A stretch of DNA of 64,000 nucleotides from the IMG/VR virus record IMGVR_UViG_3300034102_003113; one strand, given 5' to 3'. Below are positions 39,364 through 49,512 of the stretch, one piece after another. Position 1 is the stretch's first letter; each line of letters starts with the position of its first letter. The notes below the pieces were generated by a model. It did not search any database. It was not told the DNA's origin and saw only the letters and a list, made by a program, of their open reading frames with translations. Made by a program: the position numbers and the translations under genes. The DNA is from a virus.

Positions 39364-41529
39364 TTAACCTTCTTGTATAAGTTCTGGTTCAAAGAAACCA
39401 TCACCTACAGCCCAGAGATCCGCTGAGAGATACGCATATTGTGTTCTTTTATTTAAGTTATCTGGGAGCCAGTTCTTAGTTATATAATCCACTCTATCCC
39501 AAGACTTTCCATTACGATTGTAATAGTAAGGAACTCTAAAGAATACATTTTTACTATCTTCGAGTGTGGTAACTCTTGATACCCCCGCAACAATTTGATT
39601 AGAGTAGTTATTGATACTTAAGTCACTTTCTCCGCCTACTTGAAGTATTTCTGACTTATACGGCCATAAGGGCGGAGCGGATAACTCAGCGTTTCTAAGT
39701 CCGTTTTTAGGTTTTTTAATGATTACCTGATATTCACTATTGTTATCATTTTTTCCACTAACTAACTCACTGACTTCAACTTCCTCACTCGTATGGGATT
39801 TTAAATCAAATACTGACGTTAGGAACGCGAATGAAAGCATACTTCCCTTGGCTTCCATGAGACCATTCCACTTCCCATCATAGATTTTAACGGAATTTGT
39901 AGGTTGTAAAGAAACGATTTTTGTGTTGGGGTTATATACTTTTTGTTTAAATGTATTTTCTGATAATAGATTTGTTCCGTCGTATGTTAGTGTATGAGTC
40001 TCATCTAACTTGATTCTATTACTGTTATCCTGGGAAGAATTTGATGTCCAAAGTGAACTACTTAAGAAAGGAAATTGACTCAATGCCTCGCCCTTAGGAG
40101 TTTTTACTTCTCCGACAGTAGGAAGAGTTACTGTTTTCTCTCGCTCGTACCAACCAAAAGCATTTTTAATAAGCGCTACCTTTATTTTCCTTTCCCATCT
40201 TACATCCCAAAGATTACCTGTAAGACCAACATGTTGCGCTAACCAATCTAAGGTCAGTGGAGAACAAGTTTCTGGATCTAAGTAATCTTGGTAGAAAGAA
40301 GAGATCTGATCTTTCTTCTTAGATAAAAAGTCATCTGCACCACTAGTCAACCACTGAGCAGGGGACTCACTTTCTGAGAATAAAGGATCTGAACGATATG
40401 CTTCTGAAATACCTGGAAGTCTGGAGTAGATAGGCCTTGATATCGAAGTTTTTTTGTAATCAAGCGCAGATCTTTTAAATGAACTTTTGGTGATTTGAAT
40501 GATATTCTCAAAAAGATCTTTTATACGATCATATACTGCCACTATGAAACTAAAATTAGTATGTATCCTAGTCTCTCTATAGAGATACTCATCCTCTATG
40601 ATAATTGAACACTGCTCATACCACTTATCAGGAAGAGTAGAGAACGTAGAGAGCAATTTAGTTTTTATTTCTTCTCTTACGCCATCTTCATATAAAACAT
40701 CAGAGATAAATCCTTCCGATGTTTTTGGATACACAAGGACTATGAATGAGGAGATAAATTTATCCTTCCTATTCTCCAGTCCCACTAAGTTAGTCTTTGG
40801 TGGATTGTTTACATCACCCAGTCTCTCATCTATAACTCTTATAGCGGTATCAATAAAATCCTCTGAAAAATAATATTTAGGAGGAAGAAGTACCCTAGAG
40901 TATTTTGATGCTGGAGAGTTAATATTTAATGTTACACTAGACTCATTGCTAAAACTCGAGACTTTTCCTCTTAGTACAGAATGTAATCTAATCTCCTCAG
41001 GACCATTTAAAAAATATATGAGAGGAGAATCTGCGCCATTAGGTGCTTCATCAGTGGCATATGTATTATATGATTCATACTTCCACTTTTTATTTTTTAC
41101 ATATGATAGTTTTCCAATGAGGCATTTTCCAGGATTACAAAGATCATCCGTCCCCTCGCCATTTTTGCATATCATACCCTCCCTAGAGCAACTCTCCATG
41201 CCACCATGCTCAGTGCCACCCAACGGATGCCCATGGGAGTAAATTGGAAATCCCCCAAGATCTTGATCTTCTGCAATTACTTCCTCATCGGAATAAGTAT
41301 GGCCAATATTTTTATATACAAATCCGTTCAGATCCAGGTTCTCTTTTTGAAACTCAATTACCTCATTTCTAGGAGAATTTAGATCTCTGGTCTCGAATGC
41401 AATTCGACCAAGTTTATGCGCGAAAATCTTCTGCTTCTTAGTTCTATCAAACTCCAGGGTAATATGACCTGAAGAAAGAGAGGGGTTTCTTCTTCTCGAC
41501 TTTATACTATCCCAGGATGTTAGATTCAT
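39364..41529 (-). CDS. baseplate wedge/tail protein I-like
   Basis: LDPETC...LDWLAQHVG...W motif of P2 gpI-like proteins; adjacent to the J-like gene. Confidence 0.6.
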   Translation of the reverse strand: MNLTSWDSIKSRRRNPSLSSGHITLEFDRTKKQKIFAHKLGRIAFETRDLNSPRNEVIEFQKENLDLNGFVYKNIGHTYSDEEVIAEDQDLGGFPIYSHGHPLGGTEHGGMESCSREGMICKNGEGTDDLCNPGKCLIGKLSYVKNKKWKYESYNTYATDEAPNGADSPLIYFLNGPEEIRLHSVLRGKVSSFSNESSVTLNINSPASKYSRVLLPPKYYFSEDFIDTAIRVIDERLGDVNNPPKTNLVGLENRKDKFISSFIVLVYPKTSEGFISDVLYEDGVREEIKTKLLSTFSTLPDKWYEQCSIIIEDEYLYRETRIHTNFSFIVAVYDRIKDLFENIIQITKSSFKRSALDYKKTSISRPIYSRLPGISEAYRSDPLFSESESPAQWLTSGADDFLSKKKDQISSFYQDYLDPETCSPLTLDWLAQHVGLTGNLWDVRWERKIKVALIKNAFGWYEREKTVTLPTVGEVKTPKGEALSQFPFLSSSLWTSNSSQDNSNRIKLDETHTLTYDGTNLLSENTFKQKVYNPNTKIVSLQPTNSVKIYDGKWNGLMEAKGSMLSFAFLTSVFDLKSHTSEEVEVSELVSGKNDNNSEYQVIIKKPKNGLRNAELSAPPLWPYKSEILQVGGESDLSINNYSNQIVAGVSRVTTLEDSKNVFFRVPYYYNRNGKSWDRVDYITKNWLPDNLNKRTQYAYLSADLWAVGDGFFEPELIQEG

Positions 41530-42815
41530 AGCGAATATAGGTCAGTGTATGTGTAGGTTAATGGACTAAAATCATTTATCGAAGTAAAAGTAATTTGTGC
41601 ATTATATAACTTATAAGAGACAATTCCAGACGGAGAAGAAAACACCTGATTATCAGAGTTAATCACATCCAGGTAGTTATATAGGCATTTATTGAGTGTT
41701 TCATTCTCTACACCACTAAACCCTGCACATAAACCCTCCACTTCTGTACTATCTTTGATCATTAATTTTAGATCAAAAGTATTTACTGTTTTTACAAATG
41801 AGAACTCATAGATCTTTCTTAGAAGATCTTGGTAAGACAGATCGGACCCAAGCGGAAGGTTAAGTGGATTAATATAGTCCTGTAATGCCTGCAATATTTC
41901 ATTTGATCGTAGATCTGTATTTCCTGTGATTTCTGTTGGATCATAGTACATCTCTATGACCACATCTATAGGAATTATCTCTGGTGCAAGAATAGAAATA
42001 TTTGTGCCTAGCGTAACACGATTTCTTATAGACTCTACGACATACTGAAGGGTTGTGTCAGAAAGGGCATTACCACTTTCATCGCCCATGCAGATTACAA
42101 TGTTTCCAGATAACGCCGAGGAAAGTTGATATCTTTCTTCATATGTAAGAACTTTAACAATAGAAGCTTCTGGTGCAAGTACTGATACTTCGTTTTCAAA
42201 GTCAGATGATGTTGTAAGGTTTCTCCTACTCAGAACTTCAAATGCTCTCTGCTTCATTGCATTTACAGACTCTAAATCTTTACCCCCAGCTGCATCGGAG
42301 TTATTTCGTAAAAAATCTAGTCCTACAAAAGCTTTCTCGATTTTATTAATTTCTCCAGCACTTACGTTATATACTGAGCCCCACTTACTAGAACGACAGA
42401 TCACAGTGGATGAGTCTTCAGACTCCAATATCCTGACTTCTTCTAAAATCTCGTACTCTAATCCGCTGTTTGCAAATACTTTTGTACCTTGTGGTATAAC
42501 TACGACTCTGTTATAGCCAGGAGTTCTATAAAATGTTATATCAACTAGGGCCTTGGCTCCGATCCTTCTCTGAATTCCAAGTTGTCTGAGCCATTGTAAA
42601 CTGAACGCCTCTGGTAGGTTATTTAAATAATAAAGAAGTTCTGCTTGAGCAAAAGCCTGACCTTCACTAATAGCAGCAAGAGGGGAGGCAGGGGTAAAAT
42701 CATTTAGTTCTCCACCTGACTCTAAATTCATCCGAGTCTGTATCGCACGAACTAAAGCTGCGGTATTCCGACTATCTAACTGAAGCGGGAGAATAGGTCC
42801 GTAGATGTTTGACAT
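41526..42815 (-). CDS. baseplate J-like protein
   Basis: LGIQR..G, VIPQGT, GSVYNV.AGEI, AAGGKDLES, R..LTT.SDFE. Confidence 0.85.
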   Translation of the reverse strand: MSNIYGPILPLQLDSRNTAALVRAIQTRMNLESGGELNDFTPASPLAAISEGQAFAQAELLYYLNNLPEAFSLQWLRQLGIQRRIGAKALVDITFYRTPGYNRVVVIPQGTKVFANSGLEYEILEEVRILESEDSSTVICRSSKWGSVYNVSAGEINKIEKAFVGLDFLRNNSDAAGGKDLESVNAMKQRAFEVLSRRNLTTSSDFENEVSVLAPEASIVKVLTYEERYQLSSALSGNIVICMGDESGNALSDTTLQYVVESIRNRVTLGTNISILAPEIIPIDVVIEMYYDPTEITGNTDLRSNEILQALQDYINPLNLPLGSDLSYQDLLRKIYEFSFVKTVNTFDLKLMIKDSTEVEGLCAGFSGVENETLNKCLYNYLDVINSDNQVFSSPSGIVSYKLYNAQITFTSINDFSPLTYTYTDLYSL

Positions 42816-43873
42816 TAGAATGTATTTGAGGAGTTACGAGAAGACATGGGCACCCCATCTTCTTTATCTGCATTAAGAATCTTTGGTAGTGATCCTGTAT
42901 CAAAGTAGTCCCCATTGGACATAGTTGCAGGATCAAATGTTAAGAAATTATTAATTCTTGGGCCAATAAGACTGATTTCGTAGATATCTCTGTCACCTTT
43001 ATCCAAACCTGGAATATTTTCCAGTTCTCCGAGTACTGAAGTAGCGTTCCATATATCCGAGTCCGTTAATACCGATGAGAAAGTCGATGCAAGGTCTCTG
43101 ATGGATTCCGCTCCTGCGGGATTAAATACAGACTCTAGAGAAATACCAGAAGGATAACCTACATATCCATCAAGTACAGAATCTTTAAACGTAGTTGGCA
43201 CTGAGGAAGAGTTTTCAAAGCCGGGATATGCTACGCCGGAGTAATAATCTTGAGGAGTTAAATATCCCGTAGGAAACGATATTCCTCTGAAATCTTTGTC
43301 AAGATCTATATTATCGATAAGTGCAACAGTAGTATTTGATGGAGGAGTATGTAGTTTTGTGTGCGGATTATTTCCAACAACTGAAGCGATAAAATCTATA
43401 TCTTTACCCAGGGCAGGATCAGAAGCTATAGAAAGGAGGATTTTATCTCCTAGCTGTGAGATCTCTTCATAACCTGGTAGTAAGTACCCCAAGGTATTTA
43501 CTAAATAGTTTTTAAGTTTATTTCCATAACCAGATAAAGAGTCCATCTCAGAGAATAGATCTTTGAGTAAAAGAGAACGGATTTTAGTTAACCAATCAGC
43601 CCCCAACTTCTCATCTATATAATCAGTAAACTCTTCCTCAAGATCATATTCTGTTTGTATGGCATCTAAAACCACGTTAACAAAATAGGTTTCAGAACCT
43701 AAGAAGCTTTGAAAAATATCAGAGGGTCGCTGGACATCAAATGCCCTTGTAGGGGAAGCTCCTATTACCTGATTTTGTACTTCTCTGAATGAATCGGCAC
43801 TGCCATATGCCACCGAAGCCAGTCCGCTTAGTGTACTAAAATCATCGGTAATATACCCTATTTTCAAGGCCAA
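42815..43873 (-). CDS. baseplate-associated protein with a LysM/gpX-like N-terminus
   Basis: STLSGLASVAYGS...FREV; TTG start; GTTTAAAT motif at 43893-43900 (minus strand). Confidence 0.45.
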   Translation of the reverse strand: MALKIGYITDDFSTLSGLASVAYGSADSFREVQNQVIGASPTRAFDVQRPSDIFQSFLGSETYFVNVVLDAIQTEYDLEEEFTDYIDEKLGADWLTKIRSLLLKDLFSEMDSLSGYGNKLKNYLVNTLGYLLPGYEEISQLGDKILLSIASDPALGKDIDFIASVVGNNPHTKLHTPPSNTTVALIDNIDLDKDFRGISFPTGYLTPQDYYSGVAYPGFENSSSVPTTFKDSVLDGYVGYPSGISLESVFNPAGAESIRDLASTFSSVLTDSDIWNATSVLGELENIPGLDKGDRDIYEISLIGPRINNFLTFDPATMSNGDYFDTGSLPKILNADKEDGVPMSSRNSSNTF

Positions 43874-43944
43874 AACTCTTTGCTCTATTAGAATTTAAAC
43901 CATAGTAAGTAGGTTAAAGGTTATCAGACAAACTCGTATTGTTG

Positions 43945-44496
43945 ATGGCTGAAGCAACGTTTCAACAACTCACTACCCTCCTTCCAGGGGAAGAACCTTT
44001 CATTGGCGACCTCGAAGAAGGCGAAGTATGCGTTAATGTTGCAGACGGGAGATTGTGGGCAGGTGACTCCATCGGGACACCAGTGGAACTCGGAGGGGCT
44101 GTAAAAAATAGTCCCATAGGCCAACTTCTCACTTCTAATTATCTAGATGTAGATGTTTCTTCTCCAGATAATTTACCCATCTCAAATACGAATCCGTTGG
44201 ACATTCCTCCTGGGTATTACAGAGAACAGAGAATACTACTTAGATTCCCAGAGATCCCCCTAGAGAACTTTGTCACCTACTTCGACTATCCAGTGAATTG
44301 GGGAAGCGAGGTAATATGGAAAGCGTACTCTACCGGATTTACCTGGGGTGGAGGCGATGAGATCTTAAATCCAACGGCTAATAATCCTATCGATTTTTAC
44401 AAAGCCCAAGGAAGAATTATCTTGGTAGAACTGAGTTCTTTCGGTCCGAGTGCTTACTGGATGGGAAGAGTTCTATGGGTTAACTCTAATTCTTAA
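43945..44496 (+). CDS. putative fibre-associated protein
   Basis: LEEGEVCVNVADGRLWAGD motif; GGTTAAAG at 43912-43919. Confidence 0.5.
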   Translation: MAEATFQQLTTLLPGEEPFIGDLEEGEVCVNVADGRLWAGDSIGTPVELGGAVKNSPIGQLLTSNYLDVDVSSPDNLPISNTNPLDIPPGYYREQRILLRFPEIPLENFVTYFDYPVNWGSEVIWKAYSTGFTWGGGDEILNPTANNPIDFYKAQGRIILVELSSFGPSAYWMGRVLWVNSNS

Positions 44497-44511
44497 TTTA
44501 TACCCCCAATC

Positions 44512-47500
44512 ATGTTAGATAAAATCCAGTTCCAGAACGGAACAATTGTAACCAAAGAATATCTTAACGAGGTTCAGAAAGGCTCGAGCTTTTCTGCCGA
44601 TACCTCCCGCGCGGATTTTTACTCGGAACCTACTAACTCTGAGCATGCTGGTTGGGCAATTAGTCAGAGAGACTCACTCAAAGACTGGGAAGTAGCTGAT
44701 CCTAGAGAGGATAATGAAACTGCCATTGGTCGTTTAGCCCATGATGGCGTTGTTCTAAATTCTTATAATCCGACCACTGGAGCAAAAATCTGGGGTCCTC
44801 CTGCACTTATTGAAACGTCCCCTAACACCGGCGTATATGGTGTATGGGTAGAAGCAGGAAGTATTATTCTTAGCGACGGACAACCCATCTCGTGGGGGAT
44901 TCAATTTGTACAGTTGTTAAGTGGTGTAGAAGTAAACTATCTATATATTTCTGAACAAGGTGCAAGAGATAATATTACAAATAATGAGGCCATAGAGATC
45001 TCTATCGGTTCAGCTCTACCATCTGTATCTGAACCCCACATCCCCCTCGCCAAACTCACCTTTGGCGCTGATGGCGCTTCTCTAGAAACCAATGAAGATG
45101 GCGACGTAGTTGGAGCCGGGTATGTTGATCTCCGTCCTTCTCTATATATCGGTAATCTTAATACTTACCCGCGCACTCTTCGTAATACGGCCATCAAAGA
45201 GGATTCCTATATTGCAAAGAGCTGGGAAAGAGTTATTGCCGACACCTCTAATGGTTCGCTGATCGTATCTCTACCTTCTATCCCCACAGACTCCGATCGT
45301 ATTGCCATCGTTGATATCTCGGGTACATTTGATAGGTTCCCTATCGTCATCCGTCCAGGTGCTGATACCAAGATCAATGGTTCGGTAGATGATTGGATTG
45401 TAAATATCCGTGATGCTCACCTGGAACTTTTCTATCATGAGGCGACATCTGAATGGAAGTTTGAAGAAACCCCTGGTGGTGATTGCAATCCCGTCCTTGG
45501 TACGTTCCTAAGTTGTGGTGGTAAAGAGTTTATTGGTCAGAGACTAGCCACTGAATGTCCAGATGGTGATGTTGTTCCTGTAACGTTCCCTAATACCCCA
45601 GATGGCGTATATCGTTACGAGGCCTCATCTCAGAAATGTTATAAAGAATACTACCCCAAAGTTGCCGTTTATGCAAATGGCGAGGGTGGTCTGATTGCAA
45701 TTAACAATGCCCCACGTTGTTCAAAGGATTCGAGTTCCTCGCTCTCAGCAACTGCTGTTAAAAATATTATTTACGTTGACCCTGCTGTTGGGGACGATGC
45801 ACTTACCAATAATGGATTCGACGCTGACCGTCCTTTCAGAACAATCGAAAGGGCCCTGATTGAAGCTGTAAGAGAGAGTCGCAGAGCAGGTCAATATAAT
45901 GATCGTTACGACCGCGTGATGATCGAGTTGGCTCCTGGAGATTATTATGTAGATAACTCACCAGGTGTGAGTAGCGTACCTTCTCTATCGTCTAATAGTG
46001 GACTCATCCAGAGAGTATTCACTGGTTTCACGGTACTCCAAGTAGTTGAGTCGGATAGATCGATTAGAATTGACATCGACGCCCTAGACCCAACTCTAAC
46101 CCAACCACCAAAGTCCCTAAATCTTGGACGTATTCTTTACGCTCAGAGTGGTGGTACGGGTAATATCGTTAAGATTGAGAAGCAGACTCTTAGTTCTTCT
46201 GTATGGACAGTAACTCTAGAGTATGTAAGAGGAACGTTTGCCTTTAACGACGAACTTTACTATGACAATCTGTCCGTAGTCAATCCATCGGGTGGTGGTC
46301 TAATTGTCCCAAGAGGTATCTCGGTGGATGGTGTGGATCTACGTAAGGTTCGTATTCGCCCAATGTACGTTCCTGAACTCACTCCTACTGAGATCGAGCC
46401 CCAGACAAAGCGGACTTCTATCTTCAAGGTTACTGGCGGTACTTATATTTCACTACTTACCTTTACCGACAACCCTCAGTACGCAAGAACGCATAATACT
46501 GTTACTTCAGTAACATTTGCATCAGAAGCCGAGATTTTTGGTTCAGGTGATGAAGTCTCCTATTACTCCAAACTCAACTCCCTCTTCAATACATTTGATG
46601 GATGGGGTAGTGAGGGTCTTGAGCCAATCCGCGCAGAGACAACAATTGTTGCTCCTATCGCCTCATCTAAGGATCTCCGTCAGACCGACCTTGAGGAGAA
46701 CCAGACTGGGCTTCCTTTCCCAGACTCCAGAGACCTTTCATCGGTAACCTATCCTGGTCCTACAAGACTTGTTCGCACAGACTCTTCTGGCAATCAACTC
46801 TTCAACCTACCGGATATCAACTCCACAAGATCTTCTTCACCATACGTCTTCAATTGCTCTGTAAGATCTATCTTTGGTCTTAATGGTATGTGGGCGGAAG
46901 GATCCAGAGTGTCTGGATTCAAGTCGATGGTTACTGCGAACTTCACCCAAGTATCGCTTCAAACCGATCCCAACTGTTTCAATGACCAAGGATACTATCT
47001 TGATCCCCCTACAAATAAAGAAGTTGGATCGGGTAAACAATACCGTGTAAGTCCTAATGATAGATTCAAGTATCGTCACTTTGGATTTAGAGGTAGTAAC
47101 GACTCAACAATCCAGATCGTTTCCTGCTTTGTAATTGGTAATGCTGATCACTTTATTGCTGAGAGCGGCGCTGATCTTTCTATTACTAATTCCTGCTCTG
47201 ACTTTGGTGATATCTCACTTAGAGGCATAGGTTATAAGGCAAGACCATTCAGCCAAGACCAAGGAATTCCTGGTCCAGGTTATGCTGGAACACGTCTTGC
47301 TCAGGTGATCCCACCACTTCCACTAAAGTATGGTTGTAAGTCCGACTTAACTGGTAAGTGCCTTAAGACGGCAGATTGCCTTTGCAAACCAACTCTAGTA
47401 AATACTGAAATCAATACAAGTCTTGTTATAAATTACGATAAGACAGAGACATATATCCTTGATAATGCTGTTGGATTCTCTGCTCCATCATCTATCAGAG

Positions 47501-49494
47501 TATACTTTGATAATGCTGACAATGCCAATCCTTTCACCCTAGATAATCCACCAAGCGCTGATATTGCCGCCTTTGGTCAGTTCTCCTATACCAAGAAGAA
47601 TCTTGAGGGACAATACATCCATGCTGGTGGAGTAGCATATGCAAATCGTCGTCGGATCTACATCAATGGATTTGACGAGGAAGGAAATTCCATAGTCTTC
47701 TCTGGCGAGATTCAGATTTCTTCATCAACAACTCCCGGGTTTGATAAGCTTGATGACAGATCTAAAGTCTTTGGATGGGACGAGACCCAGGCATCTTGGT
47801 ACTTCTTGGTACAAACAACAAATATTGTCGAGGAGTCAGTTGACGACGACGGAGATGGTTACCTACTCAAGCGTTTGGACTATGCCTTTAGATTCAAACT
47901 CGCTCCAGGTTCTGCTCCTAATGTTGCAATCAGAGATATTGACTTTATCTTCGACCGTTCAGCCATCAAAATCCTTCGTGGAATCGACTCTAGAAAGAAC
48001 GATGATAGAGTCTATCGCGTAATCCTATCTGGATTTGATAAGAATCTTGGGATCAGAAGACCCCAACCCTACTATGTAATAGAGAAGCAAACATCGGCAG
48101 CGGGATATCCTCTCAATGGTTCTGCTGATCTACTTGACGATCCACTTACAGTAACTCAGATAATCCCATATAACAATGTATTTAGACCAGGTGTAAAAAC
48201 TGATCTTGATGCCGATAAGTTTATTACTTACCTAACCACCGGTTCAACTGCACGTCAAGTCTTTACCGCGGATGTTTTCCCATCTGTTGATCTTGACGAA
48301 CCAGAACTCACGGAGGATCCAGCTGACTCAATCACTAAGATTGCTCTTCAGCAACTCCAAGAAAGACCGGGGGTATACTTCGATGCAGAGGTGACTCCTA
48401 GTACCGAAAGATTTAATGTAAAACTCAGGGCAAATAGTACTGATATCGGCATCCTAATCAACCTCCGTAGACCATCGGTAATCCGCGCTTCCAACCATAC
48501 TTGGGAATGGACCGGCTATCTAAACTACGACACTGCCTTCCCAACCTTCCAAGGTGATCCACTCGAGGCAGAGTTTGCGCTTGGTAAGATCATTGTTGAG
48601 GAGAATGGTGGTAGAGTGTATGCTACCGGCATGAACGAAGAGGGTAGTTACTATATTGGTACTACTGTATTCGACTTGCGTTCTGGTGAGCAGTTCGCCA
48701 TTCCACTCAAGGCAGATACAGAACCTGGTAACGTAACAAACCAGGTACTTAATAATGTTATTATTAAGAATACTCTACTCATGGCGGATGATAGCAAGAT
48801 CATCTTCCAAGACGGAACTCAGATCATTCTTAATAAGAACACCGAAATCGTATCTAATACCGGTCCGATTACTCCTGATACCAGAGCCAAGTCCTACGCC
48901 ACCGAGGAATACGCTGGATTTGTTCAGTTGGCAAAACGTCAGGATATCGAAGGCGCAAGAAACCTTATCGGACTCAAGGGCGTTTCAGATAAGGTAGTTG
49001 TTTCGGCCCTCCAACTTGCTCAAGAACTTGATACTCGTCTCTCAGGATTTATTTCTGCTGGTACAGGCGTAACAATCCAGGTCACACCTAATAACAATGG
49101 CACTGAAGATGAGACTGATGACTTCAACACCTACGCAGTTTCTATCGGCCAAGATGTCTCCACTACCGCTAACGTCACCTTCAATAGCGTAACTGCTGCG
49201 GCTGATATCTGCGCTTTCTCCGATATCAGATTAAAGCAAAATGTTCTTTCTATTGATAACTCACTAGAGAAGATCGAGAATCTCCGCGGTGTATCCTACG
49301 AACTTAAGGCTGATCCAGGTGTACCTCACCTTGGCCTCATTGCCCAAGAGGTCAAGGCAATCGTCCCAGAGGTAGTGTCTCATGATGAAGTTTCTGATAT
49401 GTACAAAGTATCCTATCAATCTCTCATCCCCGTCCTTATCGAGGCAATCAAGGAACTTTCAGACAGAGTTAAGAAGTTAGAAGGAAACCAGTGA
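44512..49494 (+). CDS. long tail fibre/spike with C-terminal peptidase S74 intramolecular chaperone
   Basis: gp34-like ADTSNGSLIVSLP repeat; YVDP..GDD...RPFRTIERAL domain; SDIRLK...GLIAQEV...YQSLIPVLIEAIKEL. Confidence 0.8.
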   Translation: MLDKIQFQNGTIVTKEYLNEVQKGSSFSADTSRADFYSEPTNSEHAGWAISQRDSLKDWEVADPREDNETAIGRLAHDGVVLNSYNPTTGAKIWGPPALIETSPNTGVYGVWVEAGSIILSDGQPISWGIQFVQLLSGVEVNYLYISEQGARDNITNNEAIEISIGSALPSVSEPHIPLAKLTFGADGASLETNEDGDVVGAGYVDLRPSLYIGNLNTYPRTLRNTAIKEDSYIAKSWERVIADTSNGSLIVSLPSIPTDSDRIAIVDISGTFDRFPIVIRPGADTKINGSVDDWIVNIRDAHLELFYHEATSEWKFEETPGGDCNPVLGTFLSCGGKEFIGQRLATECPDGDVVPVTFPNTPDGVYRYEASSQKCYKEYYPKVAVYANGEGGLIAINNAPRCSKDSSSSLSATAVKNIIYVDPAVGDDALTNNGFDADRPFRTIERALIEAVRESRRAGQYNDRYDRVMIELAPGDYYVDNSPGVSSVPSLSSNSGLIQRVFTGFTVLQVVESDRSIRIDIDALDPTLTQPPKSLNLGRILYAQSGGTGNIVKIEKQTLSSSVWTVTLEYVRGTFAFNDELYYDNLSVVNPSGGGLIVPRGISVDGVDLRKVRIRPMYVPELTPTEIEPQTKRTSIFKVTGGTYISLLTFTDNPQYARTHNTVTSVTFASEAEIFGSGDEVSYYSKLNSLFNTFDGWGSEGLEPIRAETTIVAPIASSKDLRQTDLEENQTGLPFPDSRDLSSVTYPGPTRLVRTDSSGNQLFNLPDINSTRSSSPYVFNCSVRSIFGLNGMWAEGSRVSGFKSMVTANFTQVSLQTDPNCFNDQGYYLDPPTNKEVGSGKQYRVSPNDRFKYRHFGFRGSNDSTIQIVSCFVIGNADHFIAESGADLSITNSCSDFGDISLRGIGYKARPFSQDQGIPGPGYAGTRLAQVIPPLPLKYGCKSDLTGKCLKTADCLCKPTLVNTEINTSLVINYDKTETYILDNAVGFSAPSSIRVYFDNADNANPFTLDNPPSADIAAFGQFSYTKKNLEGQYIHAGGVAYANRRRIYINGFDEEGNSIVFSGEIQISSSTTPGFDKLDDRSKVFGWDETQASWYFLVQTTNIVEESVDDDGDGYLLKRLDYAFRFKLAPGSAPNVAIRDIDFIFDRSAIKILRGIDSRKNDDRVYRVILSGFDKNLGIRRPQPYYVIEKQTSAAGYPLNGSADLLDDPLTVTQIIPYNNVFRPGVKTDLDADKFITYLTTGSTARQVFTADVFPSVDLDEPELTEDPADSITKIALQQLQERPGVYFDAEVTPSTERFNVKLRANSTDIGILINLRRPSVIRASNHTWEWTGYLNYDTAFPTFQGDPLEAEFALGKIIVEENGGRVYATGMNEEGSYYIGTTVFDLRSGEQFAIPLKADTEPGNVTNQVLNNVIIKNTLLMADDSKIIFQDGTQIILNKNTEIVSNTGPITPDTRAKSYATEEYAGFVQLAKRQDIEGARNLIGLKGVSDKVVVSALQLAQELDTRLSGFISAGTGVTIQVTPNNNGTEDETDDFNTYAVSIGQDVSTTANVTFNSVTAAADICAFSDIRLKQNVLSIDNSLEKIENLRGVSYELKADPGVPHLGLIAQEVKAIVPEVVSHDEVSDMYKVSYQSLIPVLIEAIKELSDRVKKLEGNQ

Positions 49495-49512
49495 TAGTAG
49501 GTAGGTAGTTCT

